Positions 10,115-20,795 are shown, counted from the first letter of the stretch. The stretch is 64,000 nucleotides of DNA from Promethearchaeota archaeon (GCA_048939625.1 JBHLPH010000001.1:128001-192000); one strand, 5' to 3'. Notes: generated from the sequence alone by a model not told the origin. Translations and numbers: made by a program.

Positions 10115-11779
10115 ATGAAGCGTGAACCGATTCGAGCCTTCCGAGGCACTAAGCTGCATTGCAAGAACTGGCAAATTGAAGCCATCCTCCGCATGCTCCA
10201 AAACAATTTGGACCCGGATGTTGCCAAGGATTGGCAGAGACTTATTGTGTATGGAGGAACTGGACAGGCAGCACGGAACTGGGAAGCTTTTGATAAAATT
10301 GTTGAAACCCTATTAGCTTTAGAACCAGATGAAACCATGCTAATTCAATCCGGAAAACCTGTAGCAGTATTTAAGACCCATACAGATGCGCCTCGTGCCC
10401 TGATTGCCAATTCCTTGATTGTTCCGTTTTGGGCTACAGAAGAAAACTTCCACACACTATACAAGAAAGGCTTGACGATGTTCGGTCAAATGACAGCGGG
10501 TTCATGGATTTACATCGCCACGCAAGGCATTCTCCAGGGAACTTTTGAAACCTTTGCAGCAGTTGCTGACAGGCATTTCAATGGGACCTTGAAAGGGAAA
10601 CTCACCCTCACTGGGGGCGTTGGTGCCATGGGTGGAGCACAACCATTGGCAGTCACTTTCAACGAAGGTGTCGTTATCGCTGTTGATATTGACGAAAACG
10701 CAATCGAGAAGCGAATGCGCGCAGGATATTGTGAACTCAAAACAGATAGTCTTGACGAAGCTCTTGCCCTCGCCAACGAAGCTTTAGAAAAGCAAATACC
10801 ACGGTCTATTGGTCTGATTGGAAACACAGCTGAAACACATCCCGAGATAGTGAACCGAGGAATCAAAGTGGATGTAGTGACTGACCAGACTTCAGCCCAT
10901 GATCCATTAACCGGATACTACCCAGCAGGTTACAGCAAAGAGGAAGCCGACCAACTTCGGGAAAAGGACCCTGAGGAGTATATCCGCCATTCGAAAGAAT
11001 CAATGCTACACCACGTGAAAGCTATTCTGCAATTACAGAAAAAGGGTACAGTAGCTTTTGATTACGGGAATAATCTGCGACAACATACAAGCTCAATTGC
11101 CTGGAATGAAAAAGAGAATCGATGGAAGTATCCTGGATTCGTAGAAGCCTATGTACGACCCCTATTCTGTGAAGGACGGGGACCATTCCGGTGGGTGGCT
11201 TTATCTGGGAAACCTGAGGATATCTACAGAACTGACCAACTTGTTCTCGACCTATTTCCTGATAACTATATCCTGAAACGCTGGATTACACTCGCGCATG
11301 AAAAAGTCCAGTTTGAAGGCTTACCGGCGCGAGTCTGTTGGCTGGGATATGGTGAACGGGCAAAGTTTGGCAAAGCCTTGAACGACTTGGTGGCAGAAGG
11401 TGAATTGAAAGCCCCCATTGTGATTGGTCGTGATCACCTAGATGCAGGTTCGGTAGCTTCTCCAAATCGAGAAACGGAAGGGATGCGGGACGGAAGCGAC
11501 GCTATTGCCGATTGGCCAGTGCTCAATGTCTTGATTAACGCAGTGGCAGGAGCAACCTGGGTTTCCCTTCACCAAGGTGGCGGAGTGGGCATTCCTTATG
11601 CAATCTCTGCTGGTCAAGTTTCTGTCGCAGATGGAACACCCGAGGCTGAACAACGATTGGGGCGAGTGTTGACCACAGATCCAGGTATGGGAGTTGCTCG
11701 TCACGCAGATGCAGGCTATCCTAAAGCGATCAAATTCGCAAAAGAACACGCCATCAAAATTCCATTTCTCAATAAGTAA
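10115..11779 (+). CDS. hutU: Urocanate hydratase
   Basis: [49 protein letters not shown]. Confidence 0.98.
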   Translation: MKREPIRAFRGTKLHCKNWQIEAILRMLQNNLDPDVAKDWQRLIVYGGTGQAARNWEAFDKIVETLLALEPDETMLIQSGKPVAVFKTHTDAPRALIANSLIVPFWATEENFHTLYKKGLTMFGQMTAGSWIYIATQGILQGTFETFAAVADRHFNGTLKGKLTLTGGVGAMGGAQPLAVTFNEGVVIAVDIDENAIEKRMRAGYCELKTDSLDEALALANEALEKQIPRSIGLIGNTAETHPEIVNRGIKVDVVTDQTSAHDPLTGYYPAGYSKEEADQLREKDPEEYIRHSKESMLHHVKAILQLQKKGTVAFDYGNNLRQHTSSIAWNEKENRWKYPGFVEAYVRPLFCEGRGPFRWVALSGKPEDIYRTDQLVLDLFPDNYILKRWITLAHEKVQFEGLPARVCWLGYGERAKFGKALNDLVAEGELKAPIVIGRDHLDAGSVASPNRETEGMRDGSDAIADWPVLNVLINAVAGATWVSLHQGGGVGIPYAISAGQVSVADGTPEAEQRLGRVLTTDPGMGVARHADAGYPKAIKFAKEHAIKIPFLNK

Positions 11780-11794
11780 CGTAGGTGAAGAAAG

Positions 11795-12739
11795 TTGAAA
11801 CAAATCGTAGAATGTGTACCCAATTTCAGTGTCGGCGATGACCCCAAGACTATCGAAGCCATCGTCGATGCTATTAAGAAGACTAAGGGTGTTCAGCTCC
11901 TCGATTTTGAACATGATACAGCATACAACCGACTTGTGGTAACTTACTTTGGTGAACCACATGCCTGCAAATCCGCCATGCTCAATGCCGGTAGAGTAGC
12001 AGTTGAACGCCTAGATATGCGGAAACACAAGGGACAACACCCACGGATTGGTGTATTAGATGTTGCCCCATTTGTCCCCATCAAGAATATCACTATCGAC
12101 GAATGTATCCAACTCTCCAAAGCGTTCGCCAAAGCCTTTGCCGAAGAACATCAGGTTCCAGTTTATTTATACGGCGAAGCAGCAGAAACGCCTGAGAAAG
12201 GCGATGTCGATTGGATTCGTAAAGGTGAGTGGGAAGCCCTTGAAACGAACATGCAAGATCCGGAAAGACGCCCTACTTTTGGTCCCAGTAAACCACATCC
12301 AAGTGCTGGTGCGACAATGACTGGCGCCCGTGAGGTAATGGTGGGTCTTAACATTAATTTGGGAACCACCGATTTACGCATTGCCAAAGCCGTTGCGAAA
12401 GCAATTCACAAAAAGAAAGGGGGACTTGTTCGAATCAAAGCCATGGGATGTGCTTGGGAGGAGCGGGGAATAACGCAAATCGGCATCACAAACACAGACT
12501 TTCGAAAATCTCCTCTTTATCGACAATTCGAGTTAGTTAAAATTGAAGCCGCCCGTTACGGGGTCAATGTAGTAGGTGCAGAATTCTGTGGGCTGGTTCC
12601 CATTGAAGCCCTCGTCGACGTCGCCAACTACTATCTTCGTCTTGAAGGATTCGAGATGAAAGATATCCTTGAGATTGCCATTGACCAGAAGCTTGCACAA
12701 GCTGACCCTAACTACTCCAGCATCCTCTCAAAAGACTAG
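11795..12739 (+). CDS. ftcD: Glutamate formimidoyltransferase (stand-alone FT domain)
   Basis: IVECVPNFS, HKGQHPRIG..DV.PFVP, IRKGEWE, HPSAGAT. Confidence 0.92.
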   Translation: MKQIVECVPNFSVGDDPKTIEAIVDAIKKTKGVQLLDFEHDTAYNRLVVTYFGEPHACKSAMLNAGRVAVERLDMRKHKGQHPRIGVLDVAPFVPIKNITIDECIQLSKAFAKAFAEEHQVPVYLYGEAAETPEKGDVDWIRKGEWEALETNMQDPERRPTFGPSKPHPSAGATMTGAREVMVGLNINLGTTDLRIAKAVAKAIHKKKGGLVRIKAMGCAWEERGITQIGITNTDFRKSPLYRQFELVKIEAARYGVNVVGAEFCGLVPIEALVDVANYYLRLEGFEMKDILEIAIDQKLAQADPNYSSILSKD

Positions 12740-12788
12740 TACTTGAAAGACCAGGAATCTGTTGATTTATTAGGTTCCAACACCTTCA

Positions 12789-14072
12789 ATGGTAATAATG
12801 GAACGCCTGGATCTTGACATGGTAATCCTGAACGCCTCCGAACTCCTTACATTACAAGGAGCCAGCCATACACCCAAACTAGGCGAAGACCTCAACGAGC
12901 TTGGCATCATAAATAACGGAGCCATAGCCATCCGTGAAAATCAAATTGTTGCAGTAGATTCTACCAAAAATATCAAGCGCTTAGTGAAGCCTGGAAGTCG
13001 TCCACAAATCATTGACGCCAAAAATCAAACCGTAATGCCTGGTCTTATCGATCCCCATACTCACTTAGCCTTTGCTGGGAGTCGAGAACAGGAATTTGTC
13101 CAAAAAATCCAAGGCAGATCATATATGGAAATTCTTGAATCCGGTGGAGGAATCAATGTCACTGTGAACGCAACCCGAAAAGCGAGTAAGAACACGCTTG
13201 TTCGCATAGGAAAACCAACTTTAACACGAATGCTTGAGTATGGTACAACCACCGTTGAAGGAAAATCAGGTTACGGATTAGACCCCAAGCATGAACTGAA
13301 ACAACTTTTAGCGATGCGAGACTTGAATCTCATTCACCACATCGAGATTGTTCCAACATTCATGGGAGCCCATGTCATTCCCTCAAAATACAAGGGCGAC
13401 CCAGACAAATACGTGACCCTTATCATCGAGAAGATGATCCCCTCAGTTGCCAGAAAAGGCCTAGCAGAATTCTGTGATGTCTTTGCTGAAACAGGCGTCT
13501 TTGACATTGACCAGTCACGCCGCATTTTACTAGCCGGAAAGGAACATGGCCTTATTCCGAAAGTGCACGCAGATGAAATGACTACGCTTGGAGGAGCGGA
13601 ACTAGCTGCTGAAGTGGAAGCAGCATCTGCAGATCATTTATTGAAGGTATCGAAAAACGGCATTAAACAACTAGCCAAAAAACAGGTTGTAGCAGTCCTT
13701 CTGCCAGCGACAGCTCTAGTGTTAATGGAAAAAGAGTACGCGCCTGCTCGTGAATTGATCAATTCAGATGTTCCGATAGCATTAGCTACAGATTATAATC
13801 CGAATTGTATGACCGAATCGATGCAACTCGTCATGACACTGGCCTGTTTAAACATGCGTATGACGCCGGCAGAAGCAATTTCAGCAGCGACTATAAACGC
13901 TGCTCACGCCATTAAACGCTCACATCTCGTGGGGAGTCTGGAACCGAATAAACAGGCTGATGTTGTCATCATGGATGTTCCGAATCATGCCCACATCCCC
14001 TATCATTTTGGCGTAAATCTCGTCGATAAGGTGATAAAAGCAGGAAAACTTGTCTTTTCTGCACAGTTGTAA
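12789..14072 (+). CDS. hutI: Imidazolonepropionase
   Basis: PGLIDPHTH, GTTTVEGKSGYG, HADE, ATDYNP. Confidence 0.96.
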   Translation: MVIMERLDLDMVILNASELLTLQGASHTPKLGEDLNELGIINNGAIAIRENQIVAVDSTKNIKRLVKPGSRPQIIDAKNQTVMPGLIDPHTHLAFAGSREQEFVQKIQGRSYMEILESGGGINVTVNATRKASKNTLVRIGKPTLTRMLEYGTTTVEGKSGYGLDPKHELKQLLAMRDLNLIHHIEIVPTFMGAHVIPSKYKGDPDKYVTLIIEKMIPSVARKGLAEFCDVFAETGVFDIDQSRRILLAGKEHGLIPKVHADEMTTLGGAELAAEVEAASADHLLKVSKNGIKQLAKKQVVAVLLPATALVLMEKEYAPARELINSDVPIALATDYNPNCMTESMQLVMTLACLNMRMTPAEAISAATINAAHAIKRSHLVGSLEPNKQADVVIMDVPNHAHIPYHFGVNLVDKVIKAGKLVFSAQL

Positions 14073-14349
14073 GTATAACGTTTTAGTCGGCTTTTTTGTT
14101 AACTAATTAAACGAAAATAGGAATAACCATAGTAAAATTAACATTTTTCCATGATTAGAACAATCCATTAGGCTTTATTAACAGACTTACCTTATATTCT
14201 CCTGAGGTACGGGCATTATTTGTTCTAGGCCGTTAATGCCCCAGCGCGGATATCAGTGGAGGTAAGCTGCCTCAAGTGGAGTAGGGAGGAGGCTAGCTGT
14301 CACCATAATCTCCACAGAAAAATAAACCCAGAATTAACGGACGAAATGA

Positions 14350-14874
14350 ATGAAATCAAATGATAAACAATTAATGCTCGTAATCTCTGCTATAGCTGCA
14401 GCTTTTATTATTATTACACTTACAACCAGCACTCAACCAGTTGTTGAAGGATGTTATGATTCTCCACCCGCAAGATCATTATCCAAATACTTCTTCTATG
14501 ACTACCTGGATCCAGAAGTCCTCGACGGCTTCCTAGACTGTCCATTAGCCTACAACATTGTAGGGCTTCCAGTCAACATTACCTGGTGGTCTTATGGTTG
14601 GACTCATAGTTACTTCCTTGGCACCTTCTATACTGATCACAATGGCCTAATCTACTTGAATGATATTCCACGCGGTTGGTATGTCATCGAGTATATGTGG
14701 AACGGCGAGAAATTCACGGAGGAACTGGAAGTCGGGTGCTGCATGAGAGACTGGACCTATCGAAATGAGTTGGATGCGAAAGGTGGAGATTCAAATAATT
14801 TCCTGAGGTGGGGACAAGAATTTTCTATTAATTGTCCTCATCTCAATTTCTTACCTCATTTTCAGCTCCCTTAA
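14350..14874 (+). CDS. Secreted or membrane-anchored protein with a prealbumin/CnaB-like beta domain
   Basis: N-terminal signal/TM segment; YTDHNG..L..IPRGWY pattern. Confidence 0.55.
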   Translation: MKSNDKQLMLVISAIAAAFIIITLTTSTQPVVEGCYDSPPARSLSKYFFYDYLDPEVLDGFLDCPLAYNIVGLPVNITWWSYGWTHSYFLGTFYTDHNGLIYLNDIPRGWYVIEYMWNGEKFTEELEVGCCMRDWTYRNELDAKGGDSNNFLRWGQEFSINCPHLNFLPHFQLP

Positions 14875-14919
14875 CCACTTCGTGAGAAAAAGTTGGAATG
14901 AATAATTCCGTTACCTTCG

Positions 14920-15351
14920 TTAGTGGGCAAGCAATACTCGTGAACCAGTCCCCGTCAGATAAGCCCCATTTTCTCGAAAAGCTGAGATTTCATATTGCAA
15001 TCGAAAATCAGGGTCTCGCGTTAATGTCAAATGCGGACGGAACAAGATTTTAAATTTCATGCTTGCTTCTTGGTTCTTCATTATCAGACGTTCATCGGAG
15101 ATTTCTCGTTTGGGTTGAATTTGCTTGATTGAGGTACTTCGTACGACTCGTCGAGTTAAAGTTTCAAAATAAACCGAAGGAGTCAAAGAGCGAGCAATAA
15201 CTTTCAGATTCAGAGTCGAATCAGTTGTGTTTTTAATTTGAAAAGTTAGGTTTCCCATAGTAGATCGCTTTGATGAAAGTCTTAGGTTTTTGGGGAGATG
15301 TATGGTCCAGTGAATGAAGCCATCCTCCGTTTGCCACCAAGTTTGGGTCAT
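14920..15351 (-). CDS. Hypothetical beta-rich protein
   Basis: 143-aa ORF downstream of hutH on the same strand, with SD-like AGGTGG. Confidence 0.55.
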   Translation of the reverse strand: MTQTWWQTEDGFIHWTIHLPKNLRLSSKRSTMGNLTFQIKNTTDSTLNLKVIARSLTPSVYFETLTRRVVRSTSIKQIQPKREISDERLIMKNQEASMKFKILFRPHLTLTRDPDFRLQYEISAFRENGAYLTGTGSRVLLAH

Positions 15352-15410
15352 TCCCGGCCACCTAATGGAAGAAAATTCAAGTCGATCTGATTGGATACAC
15401 TGAGTTATTG

Positions 15411-17273
15411 TTAGTATTCGAAGGCGCGTATTGTTTTCTTAATGGGTTCAATGATTTGACCTCGATGTACAAGTTGCCAGATTTGGTTGATGTCCCTGTG
15501 AAGCAAATAATCTTGAGATAATTTATCAATTTGGGTTGACTGGTCTTTGATATATCTAGAAACAACCTCACGAACCACATCATAAGCTAGTTGTGAGCCG
15601 TCTCCTAAGATTATAGTTTTTGATAATCGGCGTATATCGACTCCTTGAGCTGCACAGAGAATTTCAATAGCGATGATGTGTTCCACATTTAGGAGGATTT
15701 CCTGAGTTTGGCGAGCAGCTATAGTGCCCATGCTTACATGATCTTCCTGATTGGCTCCTGTGGGAATGGAACGAATACTTGAAGGGGTGGCTAAAGTCTG
15801 GCATTCGGCGACTAGAGCAGCAGCCGTAATTTGTGCCAGTCCAAGACCAAAATGCACTCCTTGATCAGCAAGCGTAGGATGAATAAGTAGGAGAGGCAAG
15901 CCATTGCTAAGTTTATCATCAATTAAGCGGGCAATTCGACGTTCCGCAATGCTTCCGATACTGGTTAAGGCAATTCCGAGAAAATCCATAACCGCTGCAA
16001 TAGGTTGCCCATGAAAGTTACCTCCTGAAATAAAAATTTTCGATTGAGGGAAGATCAAGGGATTGTCTGTTGCCGAATTTATTTCAATAGCCACAATTTG
16101 CTCAGCGTAATCTAACGCATCTCTGGCAACGCCTATGACTTGTGGGGTACAACGAATTGAATACGCATCTTGAACACGCCTAATTTGAGTAGCAGCAACA
16201 AGGGCGGCTTCAAACGCGTCATCCGAGATCCCTAATGCCTCGAGATGAGTCTGGATGCTTTTACGTTTCTTCTTCAGCAGCTTTGCTGATTCTGTTGGTT
16301 CAACCACGATTTGGGCATCCAAAGAAATTACTGCGTCAATGCTTTGTTCAAGTATAGTTTTAATGGTTTCAGGATCTTTTCCAGACGGAACTTTGAGCGT
16401 GGTGTGAAACTTCTCTATCGCTTTATTAGCTAAATGGGCTCGTTTTCGTGAAGTCACCACTTGTTGGCTACCCATTAGAAGAGCAGTAAGATTGCTGGCA
16501 GATTGACATTGACCAGGGTGAGGCCGGATTTGATGGATCCTAGGATCAAAGGCGTCTAAAACAGCTTCGAGTGCTTCCATTGAGAGAGCGGCAGCAGCTT
16601 CTGCGGATGCAATAAGATTGCGGGCGTCTGCAATTGCTAGAGCAGCAATCGCGGTCATAATCTGTGTTCCATTTATGAGTGCAATACCTTCCTTTGGTCC
16701 AAGTTCAATAGCTTTTAACTTCGCCTGTTTTAGAGCTTCTGCGCCTGAGAGGACTTTACCACCGGATTCAGCTTCCCCCTCGCCGATGAGCACGAGAACC
16801 ATATGTGAAAGAGGAGCTAAATCACCACTGGCTCCCACTGAGCCTTTCTCAGGTATAATCGGATGTATCCTCTTATTAAGGAGAGCAATTAGAAGCTGAA
16901 GCGTTGTCAATCGAATACCTGAGTGACCCTTAGCCAAAGTATTCGCTCGTAAAAGCATTGCCGCTCGAACGACCTCGGTGGGTAAAGGTTTTCCCACCCC
17001 AGCTGCGTGGCTAATAATTAGATTACGCTGTAATATACGAGCCTTATCCTCTGAGACGATAACCTCACTAAAGGGACCGAATCCGGTTGTGACTCCGTAA
17101 ATTACCTCACCTAAATCTATCCATCTCTGAATGAGCTTCGCAGCGTCTTTAACCTTCTTTTCGGCTGCAGGGGCTAATTTCACTTTTGCTCCATGACGGG
17201 CAACAGCTACTACTTCGTCAATCGTTAGTGAGTTCCCGTTAATCACGATTTGTCCGGCGCTCATTTCTTTCAC
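15411..17273 (-). CDS. hutH: Histidine ammonia-lyase with internal insertion
   Basis: YGVTTGFG, SH specificity pair (LIISHAAG), MIO motif GSVGASGDL, RVQDAYSIRC, GGNFHG, NQEDHVSMG. Confidence 0.95.
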   Translation of the reverse strand: MKEMSAGQIVINGNSLTIDEVVAVARHGAKVKLAPAAEKKVKDAAKLIQRWIDLGEVIYGVTTGFGPFSEVIVSEDKARILQRNLIISHAAGVGKPLPTEVVRAAMLLRANTLAKGHSGIRLTTLQLLIALLNKRIHPIIPEKGSVGASGDLAPLSHMVLVLIGEGEAESGGKVLSGAEALKQAKLKAIELGPKEGIALINGTQIMTAIAALAIADARNLIASAEAAAALSMEALEAVLDAFDPRIHQIRPHPGQCQSASNLTALLMGSQQVVTSRKRAHLANKAIEKFHTTLKVPSGKDPETIKTILEQSIDAVISLDAQIVVEPTESAKLLKKKRKSIQTHLEALGISDDAFEAALVAATQIRRVQDAYSIRCTPQVIGVARDALDYAEQIVAIEINSATDNPLIFPQSKIFISGGNFHGQPIAAVMDFLGIALTSIGSIAERRIARLIDDKLSNGLPLLLIHPTLADQGVHFGLGLAQITAAALVAECQTLATPSSIRSIPTGANQEDHVSMGTIAARQTQEILLNVEHIIAIEILCAAQGVDIRRLSKTIILGDGSQLAYDVVREVVSRYIKDQSTQIDKLSQDYLLHRDINQIWQLVHRGQIIEPIKKTIRAFEY

Positions 17274-17386
17274 CAGTTTTCTATCCTGATTGCCTACAAC
17301 ACCTAGACTAAAAAAGATTCATCTATTACTGGCAATCTGCCGAGATGATATTGAAACGTCTTTGAAGCACTAAAGGATCGAGGAAG

Positions 17387-18994
17387 TTAATTTTTCTGAT
17401 ACAAAGTAATTGCGATTTGACTAATTCCGCCCCATTTAGTTTCCTTTCCGGAGGGATAATAGGTTTCAATCACAATAGAATCTTGGTTCATAATAAGCTC
17501 GAGATCTTCAAGCATACGAAGTTGTTCCGCAACATCGACAGCTCGGTAGATGAGTTTTCCTCGAGCGCGGATAGTCACTGACCCCTTTCTCCGTATTTGA
17601 TGCTGGGCAGCTCGTACATATTCAATGGTACGCTTCTTACCAACATATACGATGTCTTCAATCCACTTAGGATCTGTAATGACATGTGTGGAACTTGGGG
17701 AAGTAGTATGTTTAGAGATTGATTTGACCAGTGGCTTAGGTTTGACAAGTGAGGAGAAGCCTAAAAGAGGTGGGGCAACTATTTCCTTACGGTCGATTGC
17801 CGGAACCATTTCTCCCTCTTCAGAGACTGGGATTGCAGCAAGAGGTTCAACATCCTTCGCTAAAAAGGCGTCAAATTTCGCAATCTCTTCATCAAGGAGT
17901 TCCATCGTAACGCGATGTTTTGGTTTCCAACTTTCAATCCTTTCGATGATCGTGTTGATGAGTTCTTGGTTTCGTGTGAAAATTCCGGCTTCGTCACTGG
18001 AAAACCAGCTATGTGTTGTAAGATTTTGCGATGACACTAAGGCTGCTTTGTTATCGACTATAATACAATTAGCATTTAGCTTTGGACAATTTTCGATTAT
18101 AACTCGGTCAGAAAGCAGACTTTCAAGTGCTTCAGGATCCGATTGCTGATTTGCCCAATTCCGCCAATTAAGCGTAGTGATGAACCTAACTTGAACGTCA
18201 CGAGGAATGATGCTAAGGAGATACTCGACGATATCGTTTGTGATGAAAGGGGACATTAACATGACTGTATCTTTGGCAGAGGATAAGAGGCCATGAACTA
18301 TGTCATGTAATCCATTCGATGTATTTACGAATATGCTTTCTGTGTTGAGGGGCACTTCTGATGAGAAGGTATAGATTTGATTTGGTTGAGGATATTCCTT
18401 AGATTCCCCGTAAAAGGCAGAGATGTACTGTTGGACTTGATCCACAATCTTCGGATCTGACGAAATTATAGCTAAATCGTGAAAGACGGTGGTATTTTTT
18501 GCCGATAAGTTAGCACAACCGATAGCCACGCGCTGGTCAGTGCCAAGAATTTTAAAATGAATACGAGGACGGTACTCAATTTTGATTCTTCGGTCAAGTT
18601 GTGTTGCAGTCCGTTTCAGGGTCTCCGTCGCTGATTCATTAGCTAAAATTATACGAATAGTTGCCTCTTCGTTAATCCATCTTAGAAGATTTTTGAAGTA
18701 AAATGCGGGTATATGTTGGAACCCAAAGTATGCGATTTTTTCAGCACTTTTTACTAATATTGTATACTCCGATTCAATTTTTATCGATGCCAAATAAATC
18801 GGGGCTCTAGTTTGTCTTTCTTCTGCGACTGAAAGTAAATCAACAATTTTGGGTAAAACATGCTTCTTAATTAAGGGATTAAATTCCCACAAAGCCATTA
18901 GAATTACTGAACCGAATATTAGAATAGCTGCTACGAGGGGAAACATTTTGGAAATACTCGCCCCAAACCTGGAAATTCGACCCACATTTGTCAA
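17387..18994 (-). CDS. N-terminal TM + two PLD-like domains + C-terminal Alba domain
   Basis: HFKILGTD..GCANL (HKD); degenerate NANCIIVD..SSQNL; VYVGKK..EYV..VTIRARGK.I.RAVDVAE..ISQIAITL (Alba). Confidence 0.8.
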   Translation of the reverse strand: MTNVGRISRFGASISKMFPLVAAILIFGSVILMALWEFNPLIKKHVLPKIVDLLSVAEERQTRAPIYLASIKIESEYTILVKSAEKIAYFGFQHIPAFYFKNLLRWINEEATIRIILANESATETLKRTATQLDRRIKIEYRPRIHFKILGTDQRVAIGCANLSAKNTTVFHDLAIISSDPKIVDQVQQYISAFYGESKEYPQPNQIYTFSSEVPLNTESIFVNTSNGLHDIVHGLLSSAKDTVMLMSPFITNDIVEYLLSIIPRDVQVRFITTLNWRNWANQQSDPEALESLLSDRVIIENCPKLNANCIIVDNKAALVSSQNLTTHSWFSSDEAGIFTRNQELINTIIERIESWKPKHRVTMELLDEEIAKFDAFLAKDVEPLAAIPVSEEGEMVPAIDRKEIVAPPLLGFSSLVKPKPLVKSISKHTTSPSSTHVITDPKWIEDIVYVGKKRTIEYVRAAQHQIRRKGSVTIRARGKLIYRAVDVAEQLRMLEDLELIMNQDSIVIETYYPSGKETKWGGISQIAITLYQKN

Positions 18995-19119
18995 TATGTG
19001 CTTATTTTATGTTTTGGAAGGATATCGTGTTCTTTAGACATTTAACTGAACGTCTATAGTTTATGTGCTCCTTCTAGGATAAATCATGAACTAGGCTGTA
19101 AACCTCACGAAAAATTAGG

Positions 19120-20766
19120 TTATTCCAGTCGAAGATACGAGTGAGCGGACCAACTTAGGAGGATAATTACCAAGCAAATTGTGTAGGGAGTAACAAGAAG
19201 TGAGCTCAGGAGCATCAGTGGCACACCGCCAGGAAGAAATCCGAGCTGGAAGATGAGAACAGGGATGATCGCCATCCACGAGATGACTGGGAAGGTTATC
19301 ATGAGGGCAACCGGGGTTTCATTTTTTGCACGTGAGGCGTACGGATAGCGGCTGCCTAGACCTACGCCAATTGCCGTTGCAATAAGAATAGCATGAGGAA
19401 GGATAGCTAGCCCAACCGTGAGTAGGCTCAGGCTTCCCAAAATAACTGCGAAATAGATTGCAAAGGGAATGGCAAGGCAAATGGGTGTGATGAGTAGTTG
19501 GATGTATTTAATGAAGGTAAACCGTAATGGAGCTACCGGTGCTAATCGAACGAGATGGATTGAGCCGTATTCGCCTTGGAAGGGATCAGAAGAGGCGATG
19601 GCTAGCAGCGGAATGATGACAACAAGAAGAATGGCGTAAAGAGTTTCCATGAGGGGGATGAACTCAGGAGGAATAGGAAGCATGGATCCAAAGGCAGGAG
19701 CTAGATAGATGAAAAGCAAGGCGAAGACGAAATTGGCGATTAAACCGAAGATATAGAAGGCTTTTCCGGGTTTTCGGAGTCCTGTGATGAAATCCTTTTT
19801 GAAGAGAGCGTGGAGCGGTGTTTTCGCTGAAGTGAATTGAACGGGAAGACGACTGAAAGCCCCAATTGCTGTGCCTTTGCGTCGTGCCACGACTGCGATT
19901 TCTTCATACATATCAATGGAAATCCTGTCTGTGAGAAACCTAGTAAGAACCAAGATGAGGAAGAAAGTTACAATGAGTCCGAGAAGAACCCAAGGAAGTG
20001 CTGGAAAATAGAGTACTGTAAATGCACCATCGGAACCAGGTAGAGCTCCACTAAACGCGATAGCCACGAGCATGTAGGCTAAATTGTACATTGGCGAAGG
20101 ACTAAGAACTCCATTGACAAGCCAAACGGGAGTTAGCAGAAGAATCGTGCCGACCATTAGAACTGCAAAGAATATTATTCGGAAAATTCTGCGATGCTGA
20201 CGGGGTTGGGATACAAATTTTCTGAGAGCATAGAGCCCATGTGTTGCAATTGCTCCAATTTCAGCCAAAAGGAAAATCATGACAATAAAGAGCATAAACA
20301 TCCCAAAGGTTAACCCATAATTTTGCCCAAAATACCAGAGGATGGGTTGAAATGCCAGGCCTATGTAGACGAAAAGCATTAATCGCCGTGGTATAGACCG
20401 CAGGTATTTTGCAGTGAAATAGACATGACCCTTCATAGGTGCAGGAAATAGGTAATCCACATCTGCGGGTTCTGATTCAGATCCGAGAGGGACGCCCATA
20501 ACAGCTTTTACGATTTGTTGAGCTATTATTAGTGACAATAGGGCGTAAACTATCCAGACCGTGTTGGCCCCAATCATCCCGCTATTAATTATAAGCCAGT
20601 AGAGGGAACCGCGTAGCTGAACAGGAAGTGTAAACATGAACAGCCACAGCAACCAGATGACGAGGGCAATGACGGTCACAGAGATTACTTGAACGGTGAT
20701 GAAAATAGGTTGGAGTATCGATTTACGGAGATAATTCCTTGTTCGTTGAAATTCCCACCGAGCCAC
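19120..20766 (-). CDS. ABC exporter permease (about 12 or more TM)
   Basis: Highly hydrophobic, DVDYLFPAP motif, directly downstream of the ABC ATPase. Confidence 0.75.
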   Translation of the reverse strand: MARWEFQRTRNYLRKSILQPIFITVQVISVTVIALVIWLLWLFMFTLPVQLRGSLYWLIINSGMIGANTVWIVYALLSLIIAQQIVKAVMGVPLGSESEPADVDYLFPAPMKGHVYFTAKYLRSIPRRLMLFVYIGLAFQPILWYFGQNYGLTFGMFMLFIVMIFLLAEIGAIATHGLYALRKFVSQPRQHRRIFRIIFFAVLMVGTILLLTPVWLVNGVLSPSPMYNLAYMLVAIAFSGALPGSDGAFTVLYFPALPWVLLGLIVTFFLILVLTRFLTDRISIDMYEEIAVVARRKGTAIGAFSRLPVQFTSAKTPLHALFKKDFITGLRKPGKAFYIFGLIANFVFALLFIYLAPAFGSMLPIPPEFIPLMETLYAILLVVIIPLLAIASSDPFQGEYGSIHLVRLAPVAPLRFTFIKYIQLLITPICLAIPFAIYFAVILGSLSLLTVGLAILPHAILIATAIGVGLGSRYPYASRAKNETPVALMITFPVISWMAIIPVLIFQLGFLPGGVPLMLLSSLLVTPYTICLVIILLSWSAHSYLRLE

Positions 20767-20795
20767 GGTGGTTGTGCCAACCGTTCCCAGTGTTG

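Noticed and set aside
16180-16440. Intein in hutH
   Set aside because: No His-Asn terminus or intein blocks, and too short.
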